Under the pieces are notes generated by a model that did not search any database, was not told the origin of the DNA, and saw only the letters and a list, made by a program, of their open reading frames with translations. From IMG/VR virus record IMGVR_UViG_3300043414_000151, positions 1 through 38,382 of that record: DNA of 38,382 bases. The stretch is one strand, 5' to 3'. The DNA comes from a virus. Its lineage: Duplodnaviria; Caudoviricetes. Below, one piece after another: positions 8,568-18,098 of the stretch. The translations under genes were made by a program, and so were the position numbers. How positions within the stretch are numbered: the first letter of the stretch is position 1; each line of letters starts with the position of its first letter.

Positions 8568-11087
8568 ATGGCGACAGAGATGCCCATTGATCAAGAGTTC
8601 GGGCGCAATGTTCCCGGCATGGACGGGATGCAGGAGAACGAAGACGGAAGCGTCGATGTTGAACTGCCAGAACTGAGCGACTCCATGATCGAGGAGCTTC
8701 CTGATGGCGGGGCCATCGTCACCATGGACGACTACAAAGGCCCGTCCGAGGATGAAGACTTCTACTCAAATCTTGCTGAAGATTTGATCGACGGCTGGGA
8801 TCTGGACAAGATCGCCATGCGCTACTTGGGCTTGATCGAAAAGGACAAGCAAGCCCGTGAACAGCGTGACAAGCAGTACGAAGAGGGCATTCGCCGCACT
8901 GGACTGGGCCACGATGCCCCTGGTGGAGCATCCTTCAATGGCGCATCCAAGGTGGTTCACCCCGTCATGGCCGAGGCTTGCGTGGACTTTGCCGCCCGAG
9001 CCATCAAAGAACTGTTCCCGCCCGATGGCCCAACCCGCACCAAGATCTTGGGCAAGGTTGACAAGGACAAGGTCGAGATTGCCGAGCGCAAGCGCGACTA
9101 CATGAACTGGCAATTGACCGAGCAGATCGAGGAATTTAGGGACGAGCAGGAGCAACTGCTGACCCAACTGCCCCTTGGCGGCTCACAGTTCATGAAGCTC
9201 TGGTACGACGAGGGCAAAAAGCGCCCCTGTGCTGAGTTTGTGCCCATCGACAACATCCTTTTGCCGTTCTCCGCCGCCAACTTCTACACCTCACAGCGTG
9301 TGACCGAGGTGCAAGACATCACGGACTGGGAATTCAAGCGCCGCATCTCCTCTGGCCTGTACCGGGACACCGACTACATCAAGGCTTCCGTCGAGCCAGA
9401 GCAGACCTACGCCGAAAAAGCCAACGAAAAGATCGAAGGCAAGCAGTTTGAGGACAACGAAGATGGCATCCGCCGGGTTTTCCACATCTACACATGGCTG
9501 GAACTGGAAGACGACTCTCGTACCAAGGGTGAAACGGCCCCGTACATCCTGATGATCGACGAGATGGAGTCCAAAGTCATTGGCCTGTACCGTAATTGGG
9601 AAGAGGGCGACGACTCCATGACCAAATTGGACTGGATGGTCGAGTTCAAGTTCATCCCATGGCGCGGAGCCTACGCTGTTGGCCTGCCGCACCTCATTGG
9701 GGGGCTGACGGCGGCACTCACAGGCTCTTTGAGAGCACTTTTGGACTCCGCCCACATCAACAATGCCCCGACCATGCTCAAGCTCAAGGGCGCTCGTATA
9801 TCGGGCCAGAGCCAGTCGGTGGATGTGACCCAGATCGTGGAGATCGAAGGCGCTCCGGGCGTGGATGACATCAGGAAGATCGCCTTCCCCATGCCGTTCA
9901 ACCCTCCCAGCCCTGTTTTGTTCCAGTTGATGGGCTTTTTGGAGAAGTCTGCCAAGGGTGTGGTCACCACAGCCGAGGAAAAGATCGCCGATGTCAACGC
10001 CAACGCCCCTGTTGGTACGACTCAGGCGCTGATCGAGCAGGGAGCCGCTGTGTTCTCGGCCATCCACAGCCGTTTGCACGACAGCCAAGCCCGTTTGCTC
10101 AAGATCCTGGGCCGACTGAACCGTTGGTACTTGGATGAGCAGAAAAAGGGCGATGTGGTTGCAGAACTGGAGATCCGCAAGGAAGACTTCAAGCGCAACA
10201 CTGATGTCGTCCCGGTCTCTGACCCCCACATCTTCTCTGAGACCCAGCGGATGGCCCAGATCCAGGCGGTCATGGCCGTCATGGAGAAGAACCCCGACCT
10301 GTTTGACCGCAAAGCCGTGATCGAGCGGTTCCTGAAGCAGATCAAGGTTCCAGGCGTCAACGAGTTGATGAAGGGCGTCCCCGATCCAGAGAAGCGCGAC
10401 TCCGCCAACGAGAATGTGGCAATGGCAATCGGCCAAGCCGCCTTTGCCTACCCCGAGCAGGATCACTTGGCCCACATCCAGTCCCATCTGGACTTCGCCA
10501 GAGACCCAGTGCTGGGAGCCAACCCCATGATCGCCCCTGCGTTCATCCCTGGGGCCATGGAGCACATCAAGCAACACTTGACCTTGTGGTACTTGAACCG
10601 CATGAACGGGTATGTGACCAAGTCCCTTGGAAAACCTGTGAATAACTATGAAGACCCCGAGTTCACCGCCAAGATCGACCAGTTGTTTGGCGTGGCCTCC
10701 CGCCATGTCACCCTGGACAGCAAGGTGGCGTTTGAGCAGGTCATGCCAGTTGTCCAGCAGATGATCCAGCAGGTTCAGTCGTTCAAGCCCCAGCCTCCAA
10801 TGACCCCCGAGGCGCAGGTCTTGAAGGAGACCAGCATGGCCGAGACCCAGCGCCGTGCCGCCAAAGACCAAGCCGACATCCAGTTGGCCCAGCAAAAGCA
10901 TCAAGACGACATGATGATCGCCGACGAAGACAACCAGTTAAAGCTGGCTATCGCACAGGGCGACAATGAGACCAAAGAGCGTATTGAATCCGCAAGACTG
11001 ACCCGTGACGGGGTAAAGATGCAAAACGAGCAGATGAAGACTGCACTCACCTTAACCAGCAAAGGAGGCCAAGATGGCTACCAGTGA
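8568..11087 (+). CDS. portal protein (podovirus-type, with long C-terminal coiled coil)
   Basis: 839 aa and positioned in the head module. Motifs HPVMAEACVDFAARAIKELFP, GSQFMKLWYD, ANAPVGTTQALIEQG; Gln-rich helical C-terminus. Confidence 0.85.
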   Translation: MATEMPIDQEFGRNVPGMDGMQENEDGSVDVELPELSDSMIEELPDGGAIVTMDDYKGPSEDEDFYSNLAEDLIDGWDLDKIAMRYLGLIEKDKQAREQRDKQYEEGIRRTGLGHDAPGGASFNGASKVVHPVMAEACVDFAARAIKELFPPDGPTRTKILGKVDKDKVEIAERKRDYMNWQLTEQIEEFRDEQEQLLTQLPLGGSQFMKLWYDEGKKRPCAEFVPIDNILLPFSAANFYTSQRVTEVQDITDWEFKRRISSGLYRDTDYIKASVEPEQTYAEKANEKIEGKQFEDNEDGIRRVFHIYTWLELEDDSRTKGETAPYILMIDEMESKVIGLYRNWEEGDDSMTKLDWMVEFKFIPWRGAYAVGLPHLIGGLTAALTGSLRALLDSAHINNAPTMLKLKGARISGQSQSVDVTQIVEIEGAPGVDDIRKIAFPMPFNPPSPVLFQLMGFLEKSAKGVVTTAEEKIADVNANAPVGTTQALIEQGAAVFSAIHSRLHDSQARLLKILGRLNRWYLDEQKKGDVVAELEIRKEDFKRNTDVVPVSDPHIFSETQRMAQIQAVMAVMEKNPDLFDRKAVIERFLKQIKVPGVNELMKGVPDPEKRDSANENVAMAIGQAAFAYPEQDHLAHIQSHLDFARDPVLGANPMIAPAFIPGAMEHIKQHLTLWYLNRMNGYVTKSLGKPVNNYEDPEFTAKIDQLFGVASRHVTLDSKVAFEQVMPVVQQMIQQVQSFKPQPPMTPEAQVLKETSMAETQRRAAKDQADIQLAQQKHQDDMMIADEDNQLKLAIAQGDNETKERIESARLTRDGVKMQNEQMKTALTLTSKGGQDGYQ

Positions 11088-11229
11088 TCAAGAGCAAATG
11101 AGCGTCAATGTCCGCCAACACAAGCGTATCGCCATGGGCGCAAAGCTTGATGGCGCATCCATGCAACCCAAAGGCCAGCAACAGCCAGCCAAACCCCAAG
11201 GAGGTCTGTCACAAGCGAAGAAGAAATAA
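11074..11229 (+). CDS. small basic hypothetical protein (51 aa)
   Basis: Strong AAGGAGG RBS. MATSDQEQMSVNVRQHKRIAMGAKLDGASMQPKGQQQPAKPQGGLSQAKKK. Confidence 0.7.
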   Translation: MATSDQEQMSVNVRQHKRIAMGAKLDGASMQPKGQQQPAKPQGGLSQAKKK

Positions 11230-11232
11230 AAA

Positions 11233-11418
11233 ATGAACACCATCGGAGACCTGATCGGTGCGTTGAAGTCTCGGCAGGCTGAAATAGCCGCTTCCCTCGC
11301 TGTTGGTAATGCGGCGAACTGGGAGACATACCAACGCATGGTCGGAACATTCCAGGGGCTACAAGAGTCCATGGACATATTAAACAAATTGTTAAAGGAT
11401 GGAGATGAAGATGAATGA
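11233..11418 (+). CDS. small helical head-module protein (61 aa)
   Basis: ORF track; lies between portal and groES; helix-turn-helix-like hairpin with YQRMVG. Confidence 0.75.
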   Translation: MNTIGDLIGALKSRQAEIAASLAVGNAANWETYQRMVGTFQGLQESMDILNKLLKDGDEDE

Positions 11419-11842
11419 GCCTGAAGCTTTTAACCAAGCTGAGTTGGACTGGGCCTTCCCAGTCGTTGACCCAGGTGCAGATCCTCTAGGTGGGCGCGTA
11501 CTTGTGCAATTACGCCGCACCAAGCAGAAAATGACTGGTACTGGGATCATCTTGGTTGAAGAAACCAAAGAGACCGAGAAGTGGCAGAACATGGTGGCGA
11601 AGGTCTTAAAGATCGGCCCACTGGCGTTCAAAAACCGCGACACGATGCAAGGATGGCCCGAGGGGTCATGGTGCGTTGTTGGCGATTACATCCGAGTCCC
11701 CAAGTGGGGCGGAGACCGTTGGGAAGTATCCGTCCCAGGGGAAGACGAACTGGAAGACAAGGCACTGTTCATGGTGCTCAACGACCACGAAGTCATCGCA
11801 AAGTTGACAGGTAACCCACTAGCCATGAAAGCATTTTTATGA
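11411..11842 (+). CDS. groES: GroES/Cpn10-like co-chaperonin
   Basis: PLGGRVLV, mobile loop TGTGIILVEET, AKVLKIGP, VGDYI and LNDHEVIA match the Cpn10 pattern. GGAG RBS at 11401-11404. Confidence 0.85.
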   Translation: MNEPEAFNQAELDWAFPVVDPGADPLGGRVLVQLRRTKQKMTGTGIILVEETKETEKWQNMVAKVLKIGPLAFKNRDTMQGWPEGSWCVVGDYIRVPKWGGDRWEVSVPGEDELEDKALFMVLNDHEVIAKLTGNPLAMKAFL

Positions 11843-12801
11843 GTACAGAACCCAAAGACCAAATTGAAGACATCGTTGTCTCCGAGGAAAAGGACGGCTC
11901 AGTCGTCGTAGACCTGCCTGACAGCATCCAGTCCCCCGACGAGCAAGAAGAAGTTCATGCCGCCGAAGGTGGAAGTGCTGACGATGGTGACGCCGATCAC
12001 CCTGATGACACGGACGCCATCCGCTCGGCAAGGCGTAACCGCCGCAAGGCCAAGCGCGAGTACATGAAGCAGACCAGCATCGAAAAGGACGCCCGTCTGC
12101 AAAACCTCCAACGCCAGAACCAAGAGCTTTTGGAGCGCCTGTCCGCCGTCGAGCGCAGGCAATCCGGGGCAGATCTGGCTCGGTTGGACAAGGCCATCGA
12201 GGACAAGGAGCTTCGCCTCCAGTACGCCAAGATGAAGCTGTCCGAAGCCACCACCGCTGGTGACGGCGAAGCCATGGCAAAGGCCCAGGAGATGTGGTAC
12301 GAGACCCGCCGTGAGATCGAGTCCATGCGCTCGGTCAAGGAACGGGCGGCTCAGAATGTCCAGCACCAGCCCACTGACAACGGCGAAGTACAGCGCCATG
12401 CCAGCAGTTGGATGGACAAGAACGACTGGTACGACCCCAACGGGGACGACGAGGACAGCCAGATCGCCAAGGTCATTGACCAGCGGATGGTCAAAGAAGG
12501 CTGGAACCCAAACTCCAAAGATTACTGGCAGGAGCTTGATCGGCGTGTTGCCAGAAAGCTCCCCCACCGTTATACTGACGACACTGACGATCAGCCAACT
12601 CGCAGTAGACCAAGGAGCGTTGTGACAAGTTCAGGGCGTGAAAACATCAACAGTAGTGGTTCTCGGAACACTTTTACTCTGTCACCAGAGCAAGTGAGAG
12701 CCATGAAGGACGCAGGCATGTGGGATGACCAAGCCAAGCGATCCAAGATGATCAAGCGCTATGCAATGGAAGCACGACAAAACAATGGTTACAGGAGTTA
12801 A
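11839..12801 (+). CDS. putative capsid scaffolding protein
   Basis: Acidic N-terminus, long coiled coil, and C-terminal TLSPEQVRAMKDAG..YA. Located between portal and capsid genes. Confidence 0.7.
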   Translation: MSTEPKDQIEDIVVSEEKDGSVVVDLPDSIQSPDEQEEVHAAEGGSADDGDADHPDDTDAIRSARRNRRKAKREYMKQTSIEKDARLQNLQRQNQELLERLSAVERRQSGADLARLDKAIEDKELRLQYAKMKLSEATTAGDGEAMAKAQEMWYETRREIESMRSVKERAAQNVQHQPTDNGEVQRHASSWMDKNDWYDPNGDDEDSQIAKVIDQRMVKEGWNPNSKDYWQELDRRVARKLPHRYTDDTDDQPTRSRPRSVVTSSGRENINSSGSRNTFTLSPEQVRAMKDAGMWDDQAKRSKMIKRYAMEARQNNGYRS

Positions 12802-12804
12802 AAA

Positions 12805-13353
12805 ATGGCTACAGAATCTCGTCTAAAAAAATCCCTCAACGCTGGTGGCCGTGAGCCGAGATCTTCGCAAGATCTTACCCGTGCCGCTCCCGAAGAGAAG
12901 TTCGTTTCATCAAAAGAACGCCGCAAGGCATTTGCCGATGAATGGACACAAAGCGCAATGCCAAACATTCCCGATATACCGGGATGGCATCTTTGCTGGT
13001 TATCAACCACCAACACTTACGACACCATTGAAAAACGGATGCGTCAAGGGTATGTTCCCGTTAAATCGGATGAATTCCCTCAGTACGATAGTTACCGTGT
13101 AAAAGCTGGCGAACATGTTGGGTTTATCGCATGTAACGAGATGATCTTGCACAAGATCCCTATGGATGTGTACCAAGACATCATGTTAATGATGCACCAC
13201 GAGGCTCCAATGGAGGAGGCGGACAAAGTCCGTGTCCAACAAGAACAGCTTCAAGGTCAACGCGATAGCTCTGGGAAATCCCTGGTGCAGGTTGAAGGTG
13301 AAGGTTTTGGCAAATTTGACCAACGAGTCCCCGATCCCATCTTTCACGGGTAA
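12805..13353 (+). CDS. conserved head-module hypothetical protein
   Basis: AGGAG RBS; IPGWHLCWLS...GYVPV motif; position in the head module. Confidence 0.7.
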   Translation: MATESRLKKSLNAGGREPRSSQDLTRAAPEEKFVSSKERRKAFADEWTQSAMPNIPDIPGWHLCWLSTTNTYDTIEKRMRQGYVPVKSDEFPQYDSYRVKAGEHVGFIACNEMILHKIPMDVYQDIMLMMHHEAPMEEADKVRVQQEQLQGQRDSSGKSLVQVEGEGFGKFDQRVPDPIFHG

Positions 13354-13377
13354 TGGACTGAAAAAAGGAGTAAGACA

Positions 13378-13950
13378 ATGTCTGCAACAAACGCTCCATT
13401 CGGTATGCGCCCTGCCTTCCACCCCTCGGGTCTGGATCGCGCAGTATGCACTGTCGATGGAATTCTCTCTACCTATAGCACGGCTATCCTGAAGGGTCAG
13501 CCCGTCAAGTTAGACACCTCTGGTGTTATCCAAGTTGCCGCCGCTGGCGACACCTTCCTCGGCGCTTTCGCAGGCGTTGAGTGGACGGATACCACTGGTC
13601 GTCGTCGCGTTTCCAACTACTGGCCTGCAAGCACGGCTTATGTGGCTGGTTCCTGCAATGCCTACTACTACACCGATCCCAACATCGTGTATGAGATGCA
13701 AACTGACGGCACTGTTGCCCAAACCTGCATTGGCGCATGTACCGATCTGAGCAACACCACGGCTGGTTCTACCACCACTGGTTTGTCAGCTTGTACGCTG
13801 AACAGCACCGTCACGGCGGCTGGCTCAAGCGCTCAAATGTTGATTTTGGGTTTGGCTCCTTATGCCGATAACGCCTTTGGCGATGCATATGTGATTCTGC
13901 AAGTAAAAGTCAATGAGTCGCAGTTCAATGCGTCTATTGTCGGCGTTTAA
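13378..13950 (+). CDS. putative capsid decoration/cement protein
   Basis: AAGGAG RBS. Begins APFGMRP, contains GQPVKL and DPNIVYE, is beta-rich, and sits immediately upstream of the MCP. Confidence 0.7.
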   Translation: MSATNAPFGMRPAFHPSGLDRAVCTVDGILSTYSTAILKGQPVKLDTSGVIQVAAAGDTFLGAFAGVEWTDTTGRRRVSNYWPASTAYVAGSCNAYYYTDPNIVYEMQTDGTVAQTCIGACTDLSNTTAGSTTTGLSACTLNSTVTAAGSSAQMLILGLAPYADNAFGDAYVILQVKVNESQFNASIVGV

Positions 13951-13963
13951 GGAGTAAATAACC

Positions 13964-14878
13964 ATGGCCGCACCAATGCGTAGTACAGACTTTCGGAGTA
14001 TCGTTGAGCCTATCCTCAACGAATGCTTCGACGGAGTCTATGACCAGCGTACCGACGAATGGTCACGGGTTTTCCGTGAGCAAGAAGGTATTCCCCGCAA
14101 CTACCACGAAGAACCCGTCCTGTACGGATTCGGAGCCGCTCCCCAACTTCCTGATGGCACTCCTGTGTCTTATCAGCAGGGTGGTGTGCTCTTCCTCCAA
14201 CGCTATGTCTACAATGTGTATGGCCTCGCCTTCGCATTGACCAAAGTGTTGGTTGAAGACGGCGACCATATCCGCATCGGTCAGGTGTACGCTCGTCACC
14301 TCGCCCAATCACTGATTGAGACCAAAGAAACGCTGTCAGCCAATGTGCTGAACCGCGCTTTCAATGCCTCTTATCCCGGTGGTGATGGCGTGTCGTTGAT
14401 CAGCACTGCTCACCCCATCGTGAGTGGCACTTTCAGCAACCAGTTGACCACCGCCGCCAATCTGTCGCAGACCTCCTTGGAGCAAATGCTGATTCAGATT
14501 CGCCAAGCTGTGGACAACAACGGCAAGAAGATTCGCTTGGTTCCCCGCCAATTGGTGGTGGCTCCTGGCAATGTCTTCCAAGCTGAAGTTCTGCTGAAGA
14601 GCGTTCTGCGTTCAGGCAATGCAAACAACGACATCAACCCCGTCAAGTCTATTGGCTTGTTGGACGAAGGTGCGGCTGTTCTGTCTCGCTTGACCAACCC
14701 CAACGCTTGGTGGGTTCAGACTGATGCCCCCGAAGGCATGAAGTTGCTGATGCGCCGTAAGCTTGAGAAGACCATGGAAGGCGATTTTGAAACCGACTCG
14801 ATGCGCTACAAAGCCACCGAGCGTTATCAAGTTGGCTTCACCGATCCTCGCGCAATGTACGGTACTCCCGGCGTGTAA
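13964..14878 (+). CDS. major capsid protein (HK97 fold, Mu gpT-like family)
   Basis: 304 aa with AAGGAG RBS and highly biased codons. Motifs GGDGVSLISTAHP, PRQLVVAP, DFETDSMRYKATERY..GFTDPRAMYG. Followed by a terminator. Confidence 0.9.
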   Translation: MAAPMRSTDFRSIVEPILNECFDGVYDQRTDEWSRVFREQEGIPRNYHEEPVLYGFGAAPQLPDGTPVSYQQGGVLFLQRYVYNVYGLAFALTKVLVEDGDHIRIGQVYARHLAQSLIETKETLSANVLNRAFNASYPGGDGVSLISTAHPIVSGTFSNQLTTAANLSQTSLEQMLIQIRQAVDNNGKKIRLVPRQLVVAPGNVFQAEVLLKSVLRSGNANNDINPVKSIGLLDEGAAVLSRLTNPNAWWVQTDAPEGMKLLMRRKLEKTMEGDFETDSMRYKATERYQVGFTDPRAMYGTPGV

Positions 14879-14884
14879 AGGGAC

Positions 14885-14915
14885 AAGGGCTGGTGTAAAA
14901 AGCCAGCCCTTTTTT
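14885..14915 (+). terminator. rho-independent terminator after the MCP
   Basis: AAGGGCTGG / CCAGCCCTT 9-bp stem running into a T6 tract. Confidence 0.8.
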
Positions 14916-14952
14916 AAATCCAATTTGTCAAACTTTTCAAGGAGCAGACAAA

Positions 14953-15936
14953 ATGCCTCAATTTTCCGATGACCTGTTTTTAGGCCCGGCCCAGACTTTC
15001 ATGGGCACTGGTCTTCGCCCATACTCCACGACTGCCACTGGCGGTACTGGTAGTGTGTCCTCTTCCACCCTGACGATCACCGCCCTGAACTTTGGCGCAC
15101 CGATCACGGTGGGTATGTATGTTGACGGCACAAGCGTGACCGATGGAACCTATGTCACTGGCTTCGGCACTGGCACTGGTAGCACTGGCACTTACACGCT
15201 GAACCAAGCAATCAACATTGCAAGCACCACTGCGTTGACCTTCCACGGCAACATTACCCTGGACAACCCATCTCCGATGGATCTGGGTATCGGCCCCTTG
15301 GGTCGTATCTATGTCTGGGATGTAGTTCCCCAAGCCCTGGTTGCTGACAACATTGCTGTGGCGCAAACCACTTCCACCACAATTGCATTGACTGCTGGCA
15401 CTTCGGTGAAATCGGTCACTCTGTCTGCTGGCGGAACTGCATTGCAGTTGGACTGTCCTCGCGCAGTTAGCATCGTGTCTGGCACTGGTACTCTGACCAA
15501 CCGCAATGTGACCATCTCTGGCTACGACTACTACGGTCAAGCCATGAGTGAAGTGATTGCAACTGGCACTGTTCAGTCAACCACCGTTAAGGGCAAAAAG
15601 GCTTTCTATCTGATCACCTCTGCGACCATCTCTGGCGCTTTGGGTGCGACGATTGCAGTTGGAACCACCGACATCCTCGGCATTCCAGTTCGCGTAGCCA
15701 ATGTGGCCTATGTGGCAAGTGTCAAGAGCAACAGCACCCTGGCGCAAGATGCTGGCACTTTTGTTGCCGCAGACACCGCTACTGCAACGACCACCACTGG
15801 TGATGTTCGCGGCACTTATGTCCCCGCCACTGCGTCGAACGGCATCGTTCGCACGGTGATGGGTGTTCTGTTGCCCGGTATCGCTGTCGGCCCTAACGCT
15901 ACTCGCGTTGGCGCTCTCGGTGTGACTCAAGCCTAA
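14953..15936 (+). CDS. Thr/Gly-rich virion structural protein (possible head fibre or decoration)
   Basis: AAGGAG RBS; beta-rich; TISGYDYYGQAMSEVI motif; follows the MCP. Confidence 0.65.
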   Translation: MPQFSDDLFLGPAQTFMGTGLRPYSTTATGGTGSVSSSTLTITALNFGAPITVGMYVDGTSVTDGTYVTGFGTGTGSTGTYTLNQAINIASTTALTFHGNITLDNPSPMDLGIGPLGRIYVWDVVPQALVADNIAVAQTTSTTIALTAGTSVKSVTLSAGGTALQLDCPRAVSIVSGTGTLTNRNVTISGYDYYGQAMSEVIATGTVQSTTVKGKKAFYLITSATISGALGATIAVGTTDILGIPVRVANVAYVASVKSNSTLAQDAGTFVAADTATATTTTGDVRGTYVPATASNGIVRTVMGVLLPGIAVGPNATRVGALGVTQA

Positions 15937-15947
15937 AGGAGAGCACC

Positions 15948-17114
15948 ATGGGTCAATTTAAACCAATGGTCAAAATGATGACCACTGAGCCAACAGTCGA
16001 ACTGAAGCTCAAAAAGGGTGGCTCCGTGAAGAAGGCTGACGGCGGGATGATGGGTTCGCCCATGTCTGCTGAGATGCCCTCTTCTATGCCCTCCTCGATG
16101 CCTGCTCGTGGCGGTCTCACCATGGGTAAAGCACCCATGAAGCCCTCCATGGCAATGCGCCGCAAAGCAATGATGGGTCGTCCTATGTCGGCTCCCATGT
16201 CTTCTCCTACGCCTCCTATGGCCTCCCCCGCCCCCATGTCGGCAACCCCGATGAAAAAGGGCGGCAAGGCTGAAGGCGGCAAAGCTGAAATGGCGCAAGA
16301 CAAGGCCATGATCAAGAAGGCTTTCAAGCAACACGACATGCAAGAGCATAAAGGTGGCAAGGGCACTTCTTTGAAATTGAAGAAGGGCGGCAAGATGGCT
16401 ACTGGCGGCGTTGTTGAAGCTCAAGGCGGATACAAGGCTGGCGGCGCTATCACTGTCAGCAAGAGTGGCATCCTGAACACTGAAGGCCAGGGCGGCAAAT
16501 ACCACAACACCGAGATGCACGAAGCCAAGGCAGATCACGCCTCTGGCAAAACCGGGGTTGTGAAGTTGGGCAACGGCGCTGGCTACAAAGCTGGCGGTGG
16601 CGTCAAGGGCCAAGGCATCGACGGTAATGTGTCGGGCACTCCTCCGGGCGTGACCAACATGACGACTGGCGGCGTCCGCTTGAGCAATGCTGGTGGCTTC
16701 AAAAAAGGCGGCACTGCAAAAAAGTATGCTAGGGGCGGCGCGGTAGTGCAAGATGATGGCAAGGCGCAGAAAATGCCCCAAGGCCAGAAGAAGCCCTCCG
16801 CCCCTGTGAGCATCAATGCACTGTCAGGAACCTTCAAAAAGGGCGGCTCTGTTCGCAAAATGTCAGGTGGTGGCGACCCCACCATTGACCGCGAAACCGC
16901 CCGGATGAATGCCGAGAAAACCTCCGAGAAATCGGAGAATCAAGCTATGCGTGAGGCCATCCTTGGCGCTCCTTCCCGTGCTCTTGAGCGCGTGAAAGGG
17001 TTCTTTGGTGGCATCGCCAATAAGCCTGATCTGCCTTCTGGCAGTGTGACCAAGACCAAGGAGTCTGTAACCGTTGCACCCGGCAAGAAGCGCGGCGGTT
17101 CCGTTCGTTGCTGA
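15948..17114 (+). CDS. Lys/Gly/Met-rich low-complexity protein with >=12 xxxGG motifs (putative internal head protein)
   Basis: AAGGAG RBS. Contains LKKGG, KADGG, MKKGG, KAEGG, LKKGG, MATGG, YKAGG x2, FKKGG x2, YARGG, MSGGG, KKRGG. Confidence 0.7.
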   Translation: MGQFKPMVKMMTTEPTVELKLKKGGSVKKADGGMMGSPMSAEMPSSMPSSMPARGGLTMGKAPMKPSMAMRRKAMMGRPMSAPMSSPTPPMASPAPMSATPMKKGGKAEGGKAEMAQDKAMIKKAFKQHDMQEHKGGKGTSLKLKKGGKMATGGVVEAQGGYKAGGAITVSKSGILNTEGQGGKYHNTEMHEAKADHASGKTGVVKLGNGAGYKAGGGVKGQGIDGNVSGTPPGVTNMTTGGVRLSNAGGFKKGGTAKKYARGGAVVQDDGKAQKMPQGQKKPSAPVSINALSGTFKKGGSVRKMSGGGDPTIDRETARMNAEKTSEKSENQAMREAILGAPSRALERVKGFFGGIANKPDLPSGSVTKTKESVTVAPGKKRGGSVRC

Positions 17115-17119
17115 CCTGA

Positions 17120-17143
17120 GTGGGGGCTTCGGCCCCCGCTTTT
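17120..17143 (+). terminator. rho-independent terminator
   Basis: GTGGGGGC-TTCG-GCCCCCGC stem with UUCG loop, followed by TTTT. Confidence 0.8.
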
Positions 17144-17157
17144 AATTGGAGATAAAA

Positions 17158-17562
17158 ATGGCTGATGCAGTCACAAGTCAAACATTGTTGGACGGAGAGC
17201 GTCTGGCGATCATGAAATTCACAAACATCAGTGATGGCACTGGTGAAACGGCAGTCACAAAAGTCAATGTGTCAACTCTCACCCCCAGTGATTCTGGCAA
17301 AGCTTGCACTGGCGTGACTGTGAACAAAATTACTTCTGTTTGCCACGGCTTGGAAGTTCGCATGTATTGGGATGCAAATACGGATGTTCCGTTCTTTTTG
17401 TCCACCATCAATACAAACTACCAAAACGACTTTGAAAAATTTGGTGGCATTACAAACAATGCCAGCACTGGCAAAAATGGAAATATTGTGTTTAGTACGG
17501 CAGATGCAAGCGCTGGCGATACATACACTGTTGTGCTTGAGATGGTTAAGTCCTACGCTTAA
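17158..17562 (+). CDS. conserved beta-sandwich-type virion protein (134 aa)
   Basis: GGAG RBS; MADAVTSQTLLDGERLAIMKFTNISDGTGE...YTVVLEMVK. Confidence 0.7.
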   Translation: MADAVTSQTLLDGERLAIMKFTNISDGTGETAVTKVNVSTLTPSDSGKACTGVTVNKITSVCHGLEVRMYWDANTDVPFFLSTINTNYQNDFEKFGGITNNASTGKNGNIVFSTADASAGDTYTVVLEMVKSYA

Positions 17563-17564
17563 TC

Positions 17565-18089
17565 ATGCCAAGCAAATCACCTTCACAGCACAACTTGATG
17601 GAGGCGGTGGCGCATAACCCCGCCTTTGCCAAGAAGGTGGGCATTCCCCAAAAGGTTGGCAAAGACTTTGCGAAGGCCGATGAGGGCAAGAAGTTCAAAG
17701 GAGGCGGCTTGTATGAAAATATCAATGCAAAGCGTGAAAGAATCGCTGAAGGCTCTGGCGAAAAGATGCGGAGGGTGGGTAGCAAAGGTGCGCCAACGGC
17801 TCAAGCCTTCCGAGAGTCCGCCAAAACAGCCGTGATGAAAGAGGGTGGGGTCTCCCTGGCCGTGGGCCGAGGCGAGAAGCTCCCCGTCGAGCGTGGCGCT
17901 GGATTGACGGCCAAGGGGCGTGAGAAGTACAACCGTGAGACTGGCTCTCATCTGAAGGCTCCACAACCCCAAGGCGGGTCTCGCAAGGACTCTTTTTGCG
18001 CCAGAATGAGCGGTGTAGTGGAGCACTCCAAGGGTGACGCACCAAGAGCAAAGGCATCATTGAAGCGCTGGGATTGTCCGGGCTGGTAA
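17565..18089 (+). CDS. basic modular protein; C-terminal module resembles DUF6321
   Basis: Three short modules joined by FKGGG and MKEGG. C-terminal GLTAKGREKYN...RKDSFCARMSG...LKRWDC. The DUF label is recalled, not searched. Confidence 0.6.
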   Translation: MPSKSPSQHNLMEAVAHNPAFAKKVGIPQKVGKDFAKADEGKKFKGGGLYENINAKRERIAEGSGEKMRRVGSKGAPTAQAFRESAKTAVMKEGGVSLAVGRGEKLPVERGAGLTAKGREKYNRETGSHLKAPQPQGGSRKDSFCARMSGVVEHSKGDAPRAKASLKRWDCPGW

Positions 18090-18098
18090 GGAAAAAAC

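Noticed and set aside
9291-10904. 537-aa minus-strand ORF, and similar ones at 18546-19481, 32383-33390 and 15933-16781
   Set aside because: These are antisense shadows of strongly codon-biased plus-strand genes, with no RBS or recognisable motifs.
14924-14952. TTTGTC/GACAAA stem enclosing the RBS of 14953
   Set aside because: It is only 6 AT-rich bp with a 17-nt loop, too weak to call without covariation data.
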